DNA of 64,000 bases. Origin: a virus. Below the pieces are notes generated by a model that was not told where the DNA came from, did not search any database, and saw only the letters and a program-made list of their open reading frames with translations. The stretch lies in IMG/VR virus record IMGVR_UViG_3300012202_000039, positions 15,974 through 79,973 of that record; one strand, written 5' to 3'. The position numbers were made by a program, and so were the translations under genes. Positions 1 through 9,926 of the stretch are shown here, in pieces (the stretch's first letter is position 1; every line of letters starts with the position of its first letter).

Positions 1-89
1 ATGTAACCGTTCTAACCTGGTTACACAGATTAAATCAGCTTTAATGAATAGTTTCAATATTATTAAATCAGTGCTAAAGGGAAAATAAT

Positions 90-524
90 ATGTTTCCATT
101 AACAGGTGATCCAGTTAAAAATGCTAGTAAACCGTATGAACTCCAGCAGGATTTGCCGCTGAAGTTATCACGTTCTCTATTATCTTATGAGGATTGTGGA
201 TTAATTTCTGGGTTATTTTCTAGTATTACGGAGAGTTTAAATAACCAAGTGTTCCATAACAAAGAGATTCCTACTAGGGTACAGAATCATTTAATTCGGC
301 AATATATTCAGCTTATTGCCAATCTCTATCAGATAGATAAGGATTTTATTACTAAGATTTGTACTATCATTACTTCAGAAGAGAAGGTTAGGGCTGATAA
401 GATCACAGCCTTACCTCTATCTAAACAACAAACTAAGTTACCTAATGGTGATACTGCGCTAGCGCAGGTGATGGATTGTCTCTATACAATTTTTAATCGT
501 TATTTTAGAAATAAAGGTGTATAA
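90..524 (+). CDS. hypothetical protein
   Basis: 144-aa ORF, AAGGG RBS-like sequence upstream, TAATG-coupled to next ORF. Confidence 0.6.
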   Translation: MFPLTGDPVKNASKPYELQQDLPLKLSRSLLSYEDCGLISGLFSSITESLNNQVFHNKEIPTRVQNHLIRQYIQLIANLYQIDKDFITKICTIITSEEKVRADKITALPLSKQQTKLPNGDTALAQVMDCLYTIFNRYFRNKGV

Positions 525-685
525 TGTTCGACCCGCTCTTTGCTAAACCTCGTAAACAAGCAGTTAAAGCTTCTAACGAAGTTGTAGCTAACGACGTTAT
601 CAACTGCAATATCAAAGCTGATGATGGGCGTATTATTCCAGTACAAGTTAATACTAAAGAGCGTTTAGTATTTCCAACACGTTAA
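524..685 (+). CDS. small hypothetical protein (53 aa, not in ORF track)
   Basis: ATG overlaps the upstream stop (TAATG); MFDPLFAKPRKQAVKASNEVVAND...FPTR*; fills the gap to 696. Confidence 0.6.
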   Translation: MFDPLFAKPRKQAVKASNEVVANDVINCNIKADDGRIIPVQVNTKERLVFPTR

Positions 686-695
686 GAGGTATCTT

Positions 696-1013
696 ATGTC
701 TAAAGTTAAGTCTAAGTATTGTAATATTCCTATTCACACTGATGAAATCTGGCAGAGAATATTAACTTCAAATTATATCGATAAAATGTTAGCTGAAATA
801 ATTACGCCTAAACTAATAGTAGCGGGTAAGGGCTGGAAAGAAGTTCAGAATCCCAAGGAATTTATATACAACGATATTAGTGGTAAAACTACATTTCGGG
901 GTATAGAAGTTAATTACAATATTCTATTTTTATCTGCTGTTGGGTTATCTGAGGATTATTCACTAGGAGCGGTTAAAAACGGAGAGAGTAGATATCTAGA
1001 ATTCTCTTACTAA
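696..1013 (+). CDS. hypothetical protein
   Basis: 105-aa ORF with GAGGT RBS. Confidence 0.6.
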   Translation: MSKVKSKYCNIPIHTDEIWQRILTSNYIDKMLAEIITPKLIVAGKGWKEVQNPKEFIYNDISGKTTFRGIEVNYNILFLSAVGLSEDYSLGAVKNGESRYLEFSY

Positions 1014-1046
1014 TGAATATTTATTCAATTAATTTCTGTATAAGGA

Positions 1047-4000
1047 ATGCATATTTTGATTAAAGGATTTGGTCGAACTGGTGTAGTTTCTTCTAAAGTC
1101 GGCGGTAGGTCTTTTACAGAAACCGCGACGGATGGAGGAAATCTTAGTGGATTTGGTATCGGAGGTAATTACGGTTTAGGTGCATCAGCTATTATTCCTA
1201 ACACCGATCTAGAGTTACTAGACGGTCTAATCTCGTTTAGAAGTGACCAAATTGTTCGGAAAGTATACCGGGATATCTATTGGCACGACGTTATTGCTGG
1301 TGGTGCCGTCGATATTCAATCTACTATCCCTTTCTCAGATTTTAGCCTATCTGGTATCAACGATCCTAAAGTTCTCGAAGTCTACATGCAAGCTATTGAA
1401 AATATGTCTATCTTGACGTTGTTACCTTCAGTTAGGATCGACCAACTCGTCTTAGGCACATTTATCGGGGTAACTAACTTCGATAGAGAGATTAATAATT
1501 ATACTTCATTAACTCCGATTAACATAGATATGACGCAAATAACCCCGGCTCCATTGTTTGATATGGATCCCATTATTGATTTGCGTTTTGCTAAGGATAC
1601 TCAGCGGTACCTGAGGAATACTAAAGATCATAGGTACCAGCGTATCCGGAATAAAATGCCCCAATGGATGATCGATGGTATTTCCAAAGGACGCGTATTA
1701 TTAGATTCAGCTAACGTCATCTACTTACCTCGGAAGACTTTATCCACAAATAATCTCGGTACTTCCTATTTCCGTAGGATTTTACCGATACATATTATGG
1801 AAAAAGCTATATTACGAGGAAGCATACAACAGGCATATAGAAGGCAACGAGCTATCGGATGGGCGCGAGTCGGCGACGATGAATGGGAGCCTACAAACAA
1901 CGAACTAAGTTCTATTTTGAGTATGCTACAATGTTTGACGGGTGACACACTTATATCTATAGAAAATAAACTTACACGTTTAGATAAGATTTGTTCGCGT
2001 AAAGGTATGCAAAAAGATGAAGGTAAGAAAATAAATCTAAAGATAAAAGGCAAAGATGGTAAAATAGTTACTGCTAATAAGTGGTGGTATCGCGGTTACG
2101 ATTATGTTAATAACATTAAGACTGAGCACGGATACTCATTAAAAGCCACAGATACTCATCGTATACTGGTACTTAATGACAAATTAAAATTAATCTGGAA
2201 ATATACTAAAGATTTAAAGATCGGTGACAAACTTTGTTTAGATAGTAACATATCTAAAAGTGAAAATAATACCCAATTAAAGGTAGATATTAATCTACCT
2301 ACATTAGTTACTCGCCCGCAAAGTGGCGGTATGACAGCTAAAGCTATAGATATTCCTAAAGAAATGTACCCAAAATTAGCTTATTTATTAGGATTATTAG
2401 TTAGTGAGGGGCATGTCCATAAGCATTATGTAGCTATAACTAATAGTGCAGAAATTTTGCTCGAAGAAGCTATAGATTGTTTTAAAGAAATCTTCTATCT
2501 TAATCCTAGAATTGAGTGGATGGATAGAATAGGACAAGAAATAGTTATAAATGGTGTGCATACGGGTACTACTAGAAGTCTATCTGGTGTAGTACGTGCC
2601 CATAGCATATATGCCTCTCATATATTACAGAAGCTAGGCGTTAGCTCCAGTGAAACTCTTAGATTAAATGGTGATAAATATCCAGCAAATTATAAAGAAA
2701 TTCCTTGGTCTATTCTTCAAGCTGATGATGAATCTAAATATGCCTTTATTGCAGCATATTTAGATGGTGATGGCGGTCTCGAAGTACATGATACCAATTC
2801 GGGTAAAAATATACTTCTTATTATACGTAGTTTTAGTAAGAAATTACTAAAACAAATGCAGATAATGTTATTAGATCTAGGTTATCATTCTCATATATCC
2901 TATGATCTTAATAGGTTAACTATAAATCGAAATAATGCGGCTAAATTATATGCTAAAATATCAAAGTATCTCAAGCACCCAGATAGAATTATTAAAGATT
3001 GTTCTGGTCAGGCTAACGATATGGGTGAAGGTATTCCCGTAGCCCCTATTCGGAAGTTATTTCAATCTAGATTCATCCGCTCAGAATATAGAAAACACTT
3101 TTTCTTAAATGATGAAGGTAAAGAAATCAGTATTAAACATTATGGAGTATTTTTAGCTAAAACTTTAAGTCATAATACTCTTCGTACTGAAGCATATAAT
3201 AGAGATGAATATAAAAATATATTAGATGCTTTAAAAATTATTAGTAAGAAATTTTATAATACAGTTGTAGATTTACTAGGCGTTGGATATAGGTATGAAT
3301 CTATTACCTCTATTACTAAACTAGCTAAAAAGCAACATTTATATGATTTAACTATTGATAAAAAATCAGAGTCGGCTTTTGTCGCTAATGGTATAGTTGT
3401 TCACAATTCTGCTGATATGGACCCTATCGGCGCTTTTCTCGTAACTAGAAATGGTATTGATTATCAAGATATACGAGAAGGTGGACAGTTTTGGTCCTTC
3501 AATGATGTCTTCGATACCTTTTCTAACGCTAAAATGCGCGGGCTTGGAATTTCAGAGGGATTATTATCCCAAGAAAATACGTATTCAACACTCGAAGCAT
3601 CCATAAGTATGTTCATGGATCAAATAAAAAGTGATCGAGAACAGACAACGAGAGAAATGTTCACTAACCGTATATTCGCAAATATCGCTATTACTAACGA
3701 TTTTAAACGTAAAAATCCACGGATGGAAGTACCTAACGACGCTGAACAATACCCAACTTTAAGTTCTATGACGACTAAAGGTAGTCCTAGGGGAGTACAC
3801 CGCACTGAAGATGGCCGTTACTTCGCTGTTTGTAGTTCAGCTAGTGCTAGATCGCAACTAAGTGAATATCAGATACCCAGTGTTCATTGGCACAAACAGC
3901 TCGAACCTAAAGGTGATCGGGATTACGTTGATTTACTATCTACTCTAGAAGAAAAAGGTGTACCTGTTCCTCTGCGGGTGTACGCCGCATCCGTGGGTGT

Positions 4001-4394
4001 AGATTTAGATGCTATTGTTCAAGGTATGGATAACGACAAGAAACTCCGTAAAGAATTTGCTAAGTTTAAACAAGAAACTGGTGGTGGCGGTGATGAAGAA
4101 GAACAAGGTGGTGGACAAGGTCAGCAATTCGCTTCGGATCTGAGTAAAAGTGTGGGTAGTAGCGTAGCTCGTGTTGGTTTAGGTAATAGAACAACGGATG
4201 ATCCCCGCTACAAGATTAGAGGTTCTAATAATAAGGGTACACCGCAGGAACTTTCACGTAAAGGTGAAAAACTAGCTAACGAACGTATGCACAAGTTAGT
4301 AGCTAATATCCTAGCCGAGCGGCAACGTCAGGAAATCGTCAAGGAAAATAGCAAATTTAACAAACTTAAGGGTTTAAGGAAACCAAATAAATAG
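1047..4394 (+). CDS. portal protein (probable), intein-containing; about 623 aa after splicing
   Basis: Heads the head module upstream of protease, scaffold and MCP; spliced size fits a portal; charged low-complexity C-tail; clear intein inside. Confidence 0.7.
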   Translation: MHILIKGFGRTGVVSSKVGGRSFTETATDGGNLSGFGIGGNYGLGASAIIPNTDLELLDGLISFRSDQIVRKVYRDIYWHDVIAGGAVDIQSTIPFSDFSLSGINDPKVLEVYMQAIENMSILTLLPSVRIDQLVLGTFIGVTNFDREINNYTSLTPINIDMTQITPAPLFDMDPIIDLRFAKDTQRYLRNTKDHRYQRIRNKMPQWMIDGISKGRVLLDSANVIYLPRKTLSTNNLGTSYFRRILPIHIMEKAILRGSIQQAYRRQRAIGWARVGDDEWEPTNNELSSILSMLQCLTGDTLISIENKLTRLDKICSRKGMQKDEGKKINLKIKGKDGKIVTANKWWYRGYDYVNNIKTEHGYSLKATDTHRILVLNDKLKLIWKYTKDLKIGDKLCLDSNISKSENNTQLKVDINLPTLVTRPQSGGMTAKAIDIPKEMYPKLAYLLGLLVSEGHVHKHYVAITNSAEILLEEAIDCFKEIFYLNPRIEWMDRIGQEIVINGVHTGTTRSLSGVVRAHSIYASHILQKLGVSSSETLRLNGDKYPANYKEIPWSILQADDESKYAFIAAYLDGDGGLEVHDTNSGKNILLIIRSFSKKLLKQMQIMLLDLGYHSHISYDLNRLTINRNNAAKLYAKISKYLKHPDRIIKDCSGQANDMGEGIPVAPIRKLFQSRFIRSEYRKHFFLNDEGKEISIKHYGVFLAKTLSHNTLRTEAYNRDEYKNILDALKIISKKFYNTVVDLLGVGYRYESITSITKLAKKQHLYDLTIDKKSESAFVANGIVVHNSADMDPIGAFLVTRNGIDYQDIREGGQFWSFNDVFDTFSNAKMRGLGISEGLLSQENTYSTLEASISMFMDQIKSDREQTTREMFTNRIFANIAITNDFKRKNPRMEVPNDAEQYPTLSSMTTKGSPRGVHRTEDGRYFAVCSSASARSQLSEYQIPSVHWHKQLEPKGDRDYVDLLSTLEEKGVPVPLRVYAASVGVDLDAIVQGMDNDKKLRKEFAKFKQETGGGGDEEEQGGGQGQQFASDLSKSVGSSVARVGLGNRTTDDPRYKIRGSNNKGTPQELSRKGEKLANERMHKLVANILAERQRQEIVKENSKFNKLKGLRKPNK
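1932..3407 (+). mobile_element. intein with LAGLIDADG homing endonuclease (492 aa, C296-N787)
   Basis: N-junction Q|CLTGDTLI; block B TDTHRI; LAGLIDADG-like YLLGLLVSEG and FIAAYLDGDG; C-junction LYDLTI...FVANGIVVHN|S. Confidence 0.95.
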
Positions 4395-4406
4395 AGGTTT
4401 ACCTTT

Positions 4407-4877
4407 ATGAACCACATAGAAAGATATTTTAAGACTAAGTCTAATCATAAATTTAGTAATATATTAGAATTAGATCCTTGGTCTTTTGACCAACTAAAAT
4501 TTGGTTGGCGCTATATTTCAGAATTAAAAGATCAAGAAATAGCTATAATGAGTTACTTAAATAAATATTCATACAATAATACTTGGAAATCAAATACACC
4601 TAAATCTACATTTAATCCTATAATCTTACCAAGCTTATTATGGTTTCATTTAGGGCAAGTGCAGCTATTTATGAGTAAAGATGCACTTACTGCTCTAAAT
4701 ATAGCTTACAAGTTAGAGTTAAATATACAATTTAAAAAATATATTTTAGCCACTGTAGCTTTTGTAGAGAAAGATCATAATAAATTTGAACTAGCTATTA
4801 AAAATCTTACAGAGAATAAGCGTGTAATTAATACATTAAAGAATAATTTTGATAAAGACTATAAAGATATTTATTAA
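4407..4877 (+). CDS. hypothetical helical (TPR-like) protein
   Basis: 156 aa; FDQ..GWR, LWFHLGQ and YILATVAF segments look like helical repeats; GAGGT RBS. Confidence 0.45.
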   Translation: MNHIERYFKTKSNHKFSNILELDPWSFDQLKFGWRYISELKDQEIAIMSYLNKYSYNNTWKSNTPKSTFNPIILPSLLWFHLGQVQLFMSKDALTALNIAYKLELNIQFKKYILATVAFVEKDHNKFELAIKNLTENKRVINTLKNNFDKDYKDIY

Positions 4878-4891
4878 TAGGAATAAATATA

Positions 4892-5716
4892 ATGCAACTA
4901 ACTAAAGAGGTAATCTTAGCTAGGATAGACATTTCTTACCACGATAAAGCCGAAATAATTTACAATTCTATTAAATCCAGCATACTGAAGGGTGATTTAG
5001 TAAAAGTACAAAATGCGGAACTAAATACTAAATGGGATACTAAAATCTTATACAGATTTAGCAATAAAGAATTTTACGAAAAATATAAGGATATCAAAAA
5101 TATTCTATTCGCGGATAGTAATCACCCTAAATTTAAAGACGGCAGAGGTCTAGAGGGGTATAAAAATTACGTAGCACCATTAAAATTACTTTATACCTTT
5201 CATATTTATCGGTATGAAAAAGAAGTTAATATAATTTTAAGAATTAAAGCAAAAGAATTCAATAAAAACCAAATAACTAAGTTATTTGAACTAGATGCTT
5301 TAAAGGAAATAATGATACATGAGTTAACTCACTATATACAACGTAATAAACTCGTGTATTTTGAATCACCTTTTAAGGAATATAAAAGAGATTATATAAA
5401 AACTAGGGAAGAACGTGAGGCTTTTCTTAATAGCTTAATCGTTATTCTAGATAAATATATATTCCAAAAAGATAAGTCTAGTCTAAGTAATATAAATGAT
5501 TTTGAAGTAGCTGTTTTACATAAAATACTAGATTTAGTAAAAAATAAAACTAAATCTTCTCTTAAAGGTTCTTATGTCGCTACCTATATTAATCTGTCCG
5601 AAAAAGATAAACAAACCTATATAGATGATTTGTATAGGTATTTCAGGAAGAAATACAATATAACTAAGGAGGGACCGAGAACTAGCACTACTAAGTTATC
5701 TATAGGTAAGAAATAG
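4892..5716 (+). CDS. HExxH zincin-like protein, paralog 1 (putative internal head protein)
   Basis: MIHELTHYIQ plus downstream EREAF; paralog of 8101-8850. Confidence 0.65.
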   Translation: MQLTKEVILARIDISYHDKAEIIYNSIKSSILKGDLVKVQNAELNTKWDTKILYRFSNKEFYEKYKDIKNILFADSNHPKFKDGRGLEGYKNYVAPLKLLYTFHIYRYEKEVNIILRIKAKEFNKNQITKLFELDALKEIMIHELTHYIQRNKLVYFESPFKEYKRDYIKTREEREAFLNSLIVILDKYIFQKDKSSLSNINDFEVAVLHKILDLVKNKTKSSLKGSYVATYINLSEKDKQTYIDDLYRYFRKKYNITKEGPRTSTTKLSIGKK

Positions 5717-5724
5717 AGGTAAAT

Positions 5725-5952
5725 AGGCAACTAACTTTTACCAAAGTATTAGCTACCGTAGATGTTTCTTACTTAGATTAAGCTATAAGTGTTTACAATC
5801 TAATAATAGATTTAATTAAAGCAAGTAAACTTATTAAATCGGAGTTATCTAAAGAAGACGTCTATATGTTAGGTAACGATATAGTAAAGACCTTGAAGAA
5901 TATATACACTATATTATGTAAACGAAATAATATTATTCCCATATTTAAATAA
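5725..5952 (+). pseudogene. decayed third copy of the MQLTKEVILA family
   Basis: Reads (R)QLTFTKVLATVDVSYLD*AISVYNLIIDLIKASKLIK vs MQLTKEVILARIDISYHDKAEAIYKIIKQEVLKGKLIK; AGG in place of ATG, TAA at 5779 in place of Lys, GAGGT RBS retained. Confidence 0.75.
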
Positions 5953-5961
5953 GAGGTAACA

Positions 5962-7074
5962 ATGAATAACTTAGTCGTCGCATCTAGCCTAAAACGTCGA
6001 CCATATATTGAAATTACAGCTGGTGAAGCCCCAGTTATAGAGGATACTATTAAAGCTAAACTAGGTAACAATACTTTTAAGAGCTTACAATCTGATATCA
6101 AAGCACGATTTAACGGTAAATCTCAGCAGGAAGTTGAGAGTAACTTACGTCGAGCTAACGTTATCGGCCGCAAATATGGTTACTCTCAAGTAGCTATGTT
6201 AGCTATATTAGCCGAGAAGTTAGGGCCTAAGGAATTAGGTAAAGTTAAGAAAGAAATAATCGCGGAATACAATAGTATCGAAGATAAAGCGGCTAGAGAA
6301 GAAAAGATTGCCTTCGATCTCAACCAAGTGCAGAAGAAAGGCAAAGTTACTCGGTTAAAATTAACCCCTAAGTACCGTAGGTTATATAGTAAGTTAACTA
6401 CACAATATCCTAAACAAGTTAAAGAATTTCAGCGGCTAACTCTGAGTAACTTCGATAGTCCAGAAGAATTACGGGATTACCTAACTAAAAATGGTGACGT
6501 TTTAATTAACGGAAATACACAGGAAAATATAGCTTTCTATGAACCAGATAGCAGGTGGAAGAAGTTATTAACTTTCTTACTAACTGCTGTTGGCGGCGGT
6601 GCCCTTGGTTTTCTCTTAGGTGCATCTATCGGGGAATTAGTTAAGATTATATTTTCTATATTAATTCCAGCAGTAATGAGTTTCTTGTGGGTTAATATCT
6701 GGTACTTAGGCTTAATCGCTATTGTTATCGCCGCGGGCATTGCAGCGTATGTAACTCTAGTGTTATTAACACATTTTTTGACGACGTTTTGGTACGAGTC
6801 TAAGTACGTATTTAAGAGTATCGCCGCCGTTAGTGTAAGTATCGCCGCTTTCTTAGTTGCCGTAATTGGATTATATGAGTTATTCACTGTTGGTTTAATT
6901 ATGTCTACTTTAATGCTTGTAGGCGGTTATGTATTATTAGCTGTAGTAACCGCAGGATTTGTTGGTGTTTTAAGTTATATCATATTAAGTATATATCGGC
7001 GGATATTCTCTTCTTCTATGGGAGTTTATCTAGAGCCTATATCGCCATCTAATAATATCTTAGCAGTAATATAA
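5962..7074 (+). CDS. multi-pass membrane protein with basic N-terminal domain
   Basis: 370 aa; C-terminal 170 aa is several long hydrophobic helices; GAGGT RBS. Confidence 0.65.
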   Translation: MNNLVVASSLKRRPYIEITAGEAPVIEDTIKAKLGNNTFKSLQSDIKARFNGKSQQEVESNLRRANVIGRKYGYSQVAMLAILAEKLGPKELGKVKKEIIAEYNSIEDKAAREEKIAFDLNQVQKKGKVTRLKLTPKYRRLYSKLTTQYPKQVKEFQRLTLSNFDSPEELRDYLTKNGDVLINGNTQENIAFYEPDSRWKKLLTFLLTAVGGGALGFLLGASIGELVKIIFSILIPAVMSFLWVNIWYLGLIAIVIAAGIAAYVTLVLLTHFLTTFWYESKYVFKSIAAVSVSIAAFLVAVIGLYELFTVGLIMSTLMLVGGYVLLAVVTAGFVGVLSYIILSIYRRIFSSSMGVYLEPISPSNNILAVI

Positions 7075-7087
7075 TTAGGAGTTACAA

Positions 7088-7219
7088 ATGTCAGATATTA
7101 ACTTAATCGCAGCTATCGCTAAACTTAATGATCAACGTAAATATTCAGCTAATAATACCCATAAAGATGAGCTTAAATTCTTAGTGCCAGATAATAAAAT
7201 TAATAAGGATACCAAATAA
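7088..7219 (+). CDS. small hypothetical protein (43 aa, not in ORF track)
   Basis: AGGAG RBS, MSDINLIAAIAK...; stop abuts the ATG of the protease. Confidence 0.55.
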   Translation: MSDINLIAAIAKLNDQRKYSANNTHKDELKFLVPDNKINKDTK

Positions 7220-7984
7220 ATGAATAACCGTCCTTTTCATATCTATTCTGATTGTCTCGGCTCACTAAAACATGTAGAAGCCTTTGATTTACTAGATGAA
7301 AAACGTTCGGATAAGCTGGAGTTATTTAAGATTCAAGCTGCCGCTACGGATATGACTAAAGATATTAAAGAAACTATTGTAACTGCACCTAAGATTCTCC
7401 CCTTCGCTGCGGAGAAATACAATATTTCACCTAATATTAAAGATTATATTCTCTGTTGCGTAGTAGTTTTACCTTCAGATCTACCCAATAAAAATGGTAT
7501 TGCTTTTTCTCATGCTGAGCTTAGTTCGTTCGTTGTGGATGCTGGATCACTATGTTATGATACGTTTAGATATCGTCCGATTCACCTCGAACATGCCAAT
7601 AAGGACCCTAGCATAGCTAAAGGCATAATTTTAAGCTCTAGTTACAAAAGAATGACAGGATTTAAAGGTAATTTGTGGAAAGTTATCTGTCTCTGTGCGG
7701 TTGACCGTAATCGCGATAAAGTTTTAGCCGATCGTGTTCTTAATGAAAAAGATACCGGTTTTTCCTTAGGTAGTCTATGTGCCGATTACCGTTGTTCTAT
7801 TACTGGTAACCTTTTTAGTTCAGGACAAGCTGAGAATTATACTAAGTTAGGTAAACCTTCTTTCCAAGTTGTGGGGAATAATTTAGCTTTCTTAAATGCC
7901 ATAGATTCCTTAATGTTTGAAGTTAGTGTAGTAGCTTCTGAGGCTTATTCTTCTGCTCGAACACCATATAAGATGACCTTCTAG
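7220..7984 (+). CDS. prohead (capsid maturation) protease
   Basis: NKNG.AF...EL, PIHLEHAN...AKGII, FSLGS...YRCSITG and FEVSVV motifs typical of phage prohead serine proteases; lies between portal and scaffold/MCP. Confidence 0.75.
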   Translation: MNNRPFHIYSDCLGSLKHVEAFDLLDEKRSDKLELFKIQAAATDMTKDIKETIVTAPKILPFAAEKYNISPNIKDYILCCVVVLPSDLPNKNGIAFSHAELSSFVVDAGSLCYDTFRYRPIHLEHANKDPSIAKGIILSSSYKRMTGFKGNLWKVICLCAVDRNRDKVLADRVLNEKDTGFSLGSLCADYRCSITGNLFSSGQAENYTKLGKPSFQVVGNNLAFLNAIDSLMFEVSVVASEAYSSARTPYKMTF

Positions 7985-8100
7985 TATAAAAGGAATAATA
8001 ACTGTACTATAAATAGCTAAAGATAGAATTTTTCAAGCAATAGTCCGCACTATAATTGGGTTATAAAAAGATATATAAATTTTGACATAAGGTTATTATA

Positions 8101-8850
8101 ATGCAACTAACTAAAGAGGTAATCTTAGCTAGGATAGATATTTCTTACCACGATAAGGCTGAAGCTATATATAAAATAATTAAACAAGAAGTGCTTAAGG
8201 GAAAGTTAATAAAACAAAGTAACACAGCTTTGAGTAAACATCTAGATTCTACAACTATTTATTTATTAAATTCTGAACGATTTAATGAACTATATAAGAA
8301 TACGACTATATCTTTCTCTACCTATAAAACTAGTTCATATTTTAACGAAAATAAGCACGCCTCTGGTTTTACGGATCAGAAAGGTAGTATAAAGCTGTTA
8401 TATACATTTAGAATTTATACTTCCAAATTTAAAAATGATCTCCATTTCTTAGTTCCACGGTTGAATAAGCAAGAAATTATATCTTTCTTTACTTATGATT
8501 TGTATAAAGATATATTTATTCATGAGTTAACGCACTACCTTCAGATACATAAACGTTTATATTTTGAATCTCCCTTTAAGAATGCTGATAATGATTACTT
8601 TAAACAAAGAATAGAACGAGAAGCATACTTGAATAGTTTTATTGGAGATTTAAAGAATATCATTATAAAAAATCCAGAAAAATATCTACAGTCATTAAAC
8701 GATTTTAAAAATTTAATAAAATATGAATTAAGAAATGGCGGTAATGCTAAAGATATATTAGATAACCTATCCAATACTACGAGAGAGCAATATTATATAG
8801 ATGTATACGAATATTTCAGGAAGAAATATAAGCAAGGACTAAATACATGA
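8101..8850 (+). CDS. HExxH zincin-like protein, paralog 2
   Basis: FIHELTHYLQ...EREAY; first 21 aa identical to 4892-5716. Confidence 0.65.
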   Translation: MQLTKEVILARIDISYHDKAEAIYKIIKQEVLKGKLIKQSNTALSKHLDSTTIYLLNSERFNELYKNTTISFSTYKTSSYFNENKHASGFTDQKGSIKLLYTFRIYTSKFKNDLHFLVPRLNKQEIISFFTYDLYKDIFIHELTHYLQIHKRLYFESPFKNADNDYFKQRIEREAYLNSFIGDLKNIIIKNPEKYLQSLNDFKNLIKYELRNGGNAKDILDNLSNTTREQYYIDVYEYFRKKYKQGLNT

Positions 8851-9020
8851 ATAAATTTTATCTCTACTCGCAAAGAGATTCGGTTCTAGAAGATATAGAA
8901 GAACAAATGCATAAACTTAAAACTGAACACCAGAGACAGACGGAAGATTATAAAACACAAATGGAAAGTTTACGTAAACGTAAAGAATCTCGTATGCAGG
9001 GTCTAGGTAAGAACAAATAG
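8847..9020 (+). CDS. small coiled-coil protein (57 aa, not in ORF track)
   Basis: ATGA overlap with the upstream stop; charged heptad pattern. Confidence 0.55.
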   Translation: MNKFYLYSQRDSVLEDIEEQMHKLKTEHQRQTEDYKTQMESLRKRKESRMQGLGKNK

Positions 9021-9023
9021 GCC

Positions 9024-9031
9024 CTGTAAAT
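9024..9031 (+). promoter_or_regulatory. putative phage promoter motif CTGTAAAT
   Basis: Same 8-mer in intergenic DNA at 22682 and 46520; followed here by a small hairpin (AGAATACCA..TGGTACTCT). Confidence 0.5.
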
Positions 9032-9090
9032 AGAACACAGAATACCACTAATGGTACTCTAGTTTTTAAATAAATTGAAGGTAAATAGTT

Positions 9091-9900
9091 ATGTCAGTTA
9101 ATATTGTTCAAAATAAGTTTCTTGAATATATCGTCAGCGAATGTCACGATCGTGGTAATTTAATCGAGATGAATATTCATCTCGTAAATAATGTACGTTT
9201 AGTTGGACATATTATTGGTTACGATGACGATTCCATCATTCTTAATGGTCGTGGTAAAACGCAGATTGTCTTCAAGAAGGCTATTTTGACTATTTGTCCT
9301 GGCGACAAGGGTGACGTAAACATGCTTAAGGCATGTTTACCTGATACGCTTAGTGAAGCTGCGCTTAATAGGTTAGTAGGTAATACTAGTACATATAGGC
9401 ACTACACTTCTTCAAATTTAGATAAAACTAGCCACCAACCTTATTACGGTGAGCCCCAGACAGATTTAAATCCAGTAAAAGAACCTATTGATATAATCAA
9501 ACAAGTTGAAGGTAAGGTCGGCGAGGGTAGTTGTAGTGGGATCGGCGGTGAGGTTAATAACCAGCTAATTCCTAGTTATGATGCTATCCTGAACTACCAT
9601 AAGAATAAAGGTAATTCTGTTTCAGAAGAAGATAAGGTCAGTGATAATGCCGAGGAATCTCGGGCTCCTACTGAGAGAGAAGAATTTAATAAGTATCTAA
9701 AAGAGAAGTATTCTAGTTCAGATGATAAGGGACGTAAAGAACTTTTAGAACAATTAAAGCTAAAAAATAACATTGGCGCATGTTTTAGTGATCCTGATGA
9801 TGATATGTATTATCCTAGTAATATGAGTAATCTTCTTTCAGAAGAAGAGAAGATTACTCAAGAAATGCACGATAATGGTACTGACAGTGTTGCAGTTTAA
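9091..9900 (+). CDS. hfq: Hfq/Sm-like RNA chaperone domain with long acidic C-terminal extension
   Basis: NIVQNKFL...IHLVNNVRLVGHIIGYDDDSIIL...TQIVFKKAILTICP matches the Hfq pattern LQDxFL..IxLVNGxKLxGxIxxFD...SQxVYKHAISTxxP. Confidence 0.8.
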   Translation: MSVNIVQNKFLEYIVSECHDRGNLIEMNIHLVNNVRLVGHIIGYDDDSIILNGRGKTQIVFKKAILTICPGDKGDVNMLKACLPDTLSEAALNRLVGNTSTYRHYTSSNLDKTSHQPYYGEPQTDLNPVKEPIDIIKQVEGKVGEGSCSGIGGEVNNQLIPSYDAILNYHKNKGNSVSEEDKVSDNAEESRAPTEREEFNKYLKEKYSSSDDKGRKELLEQLKLKNNIGACFSDPDDDMYYPSNMSNLLSEEEKITQEMHDNGTDSVAV

Positions 9901-9926
9901 TTAAGTTCAAAGAGGAAATAATTAAG

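Noticed and set aside
8082-8102. TTGACA...TATAAT upstream of the 8101 gene as a sigma70 promoter
   Set aside because: Spacer is only about 9 nt and TATAAT overlaps the start codon
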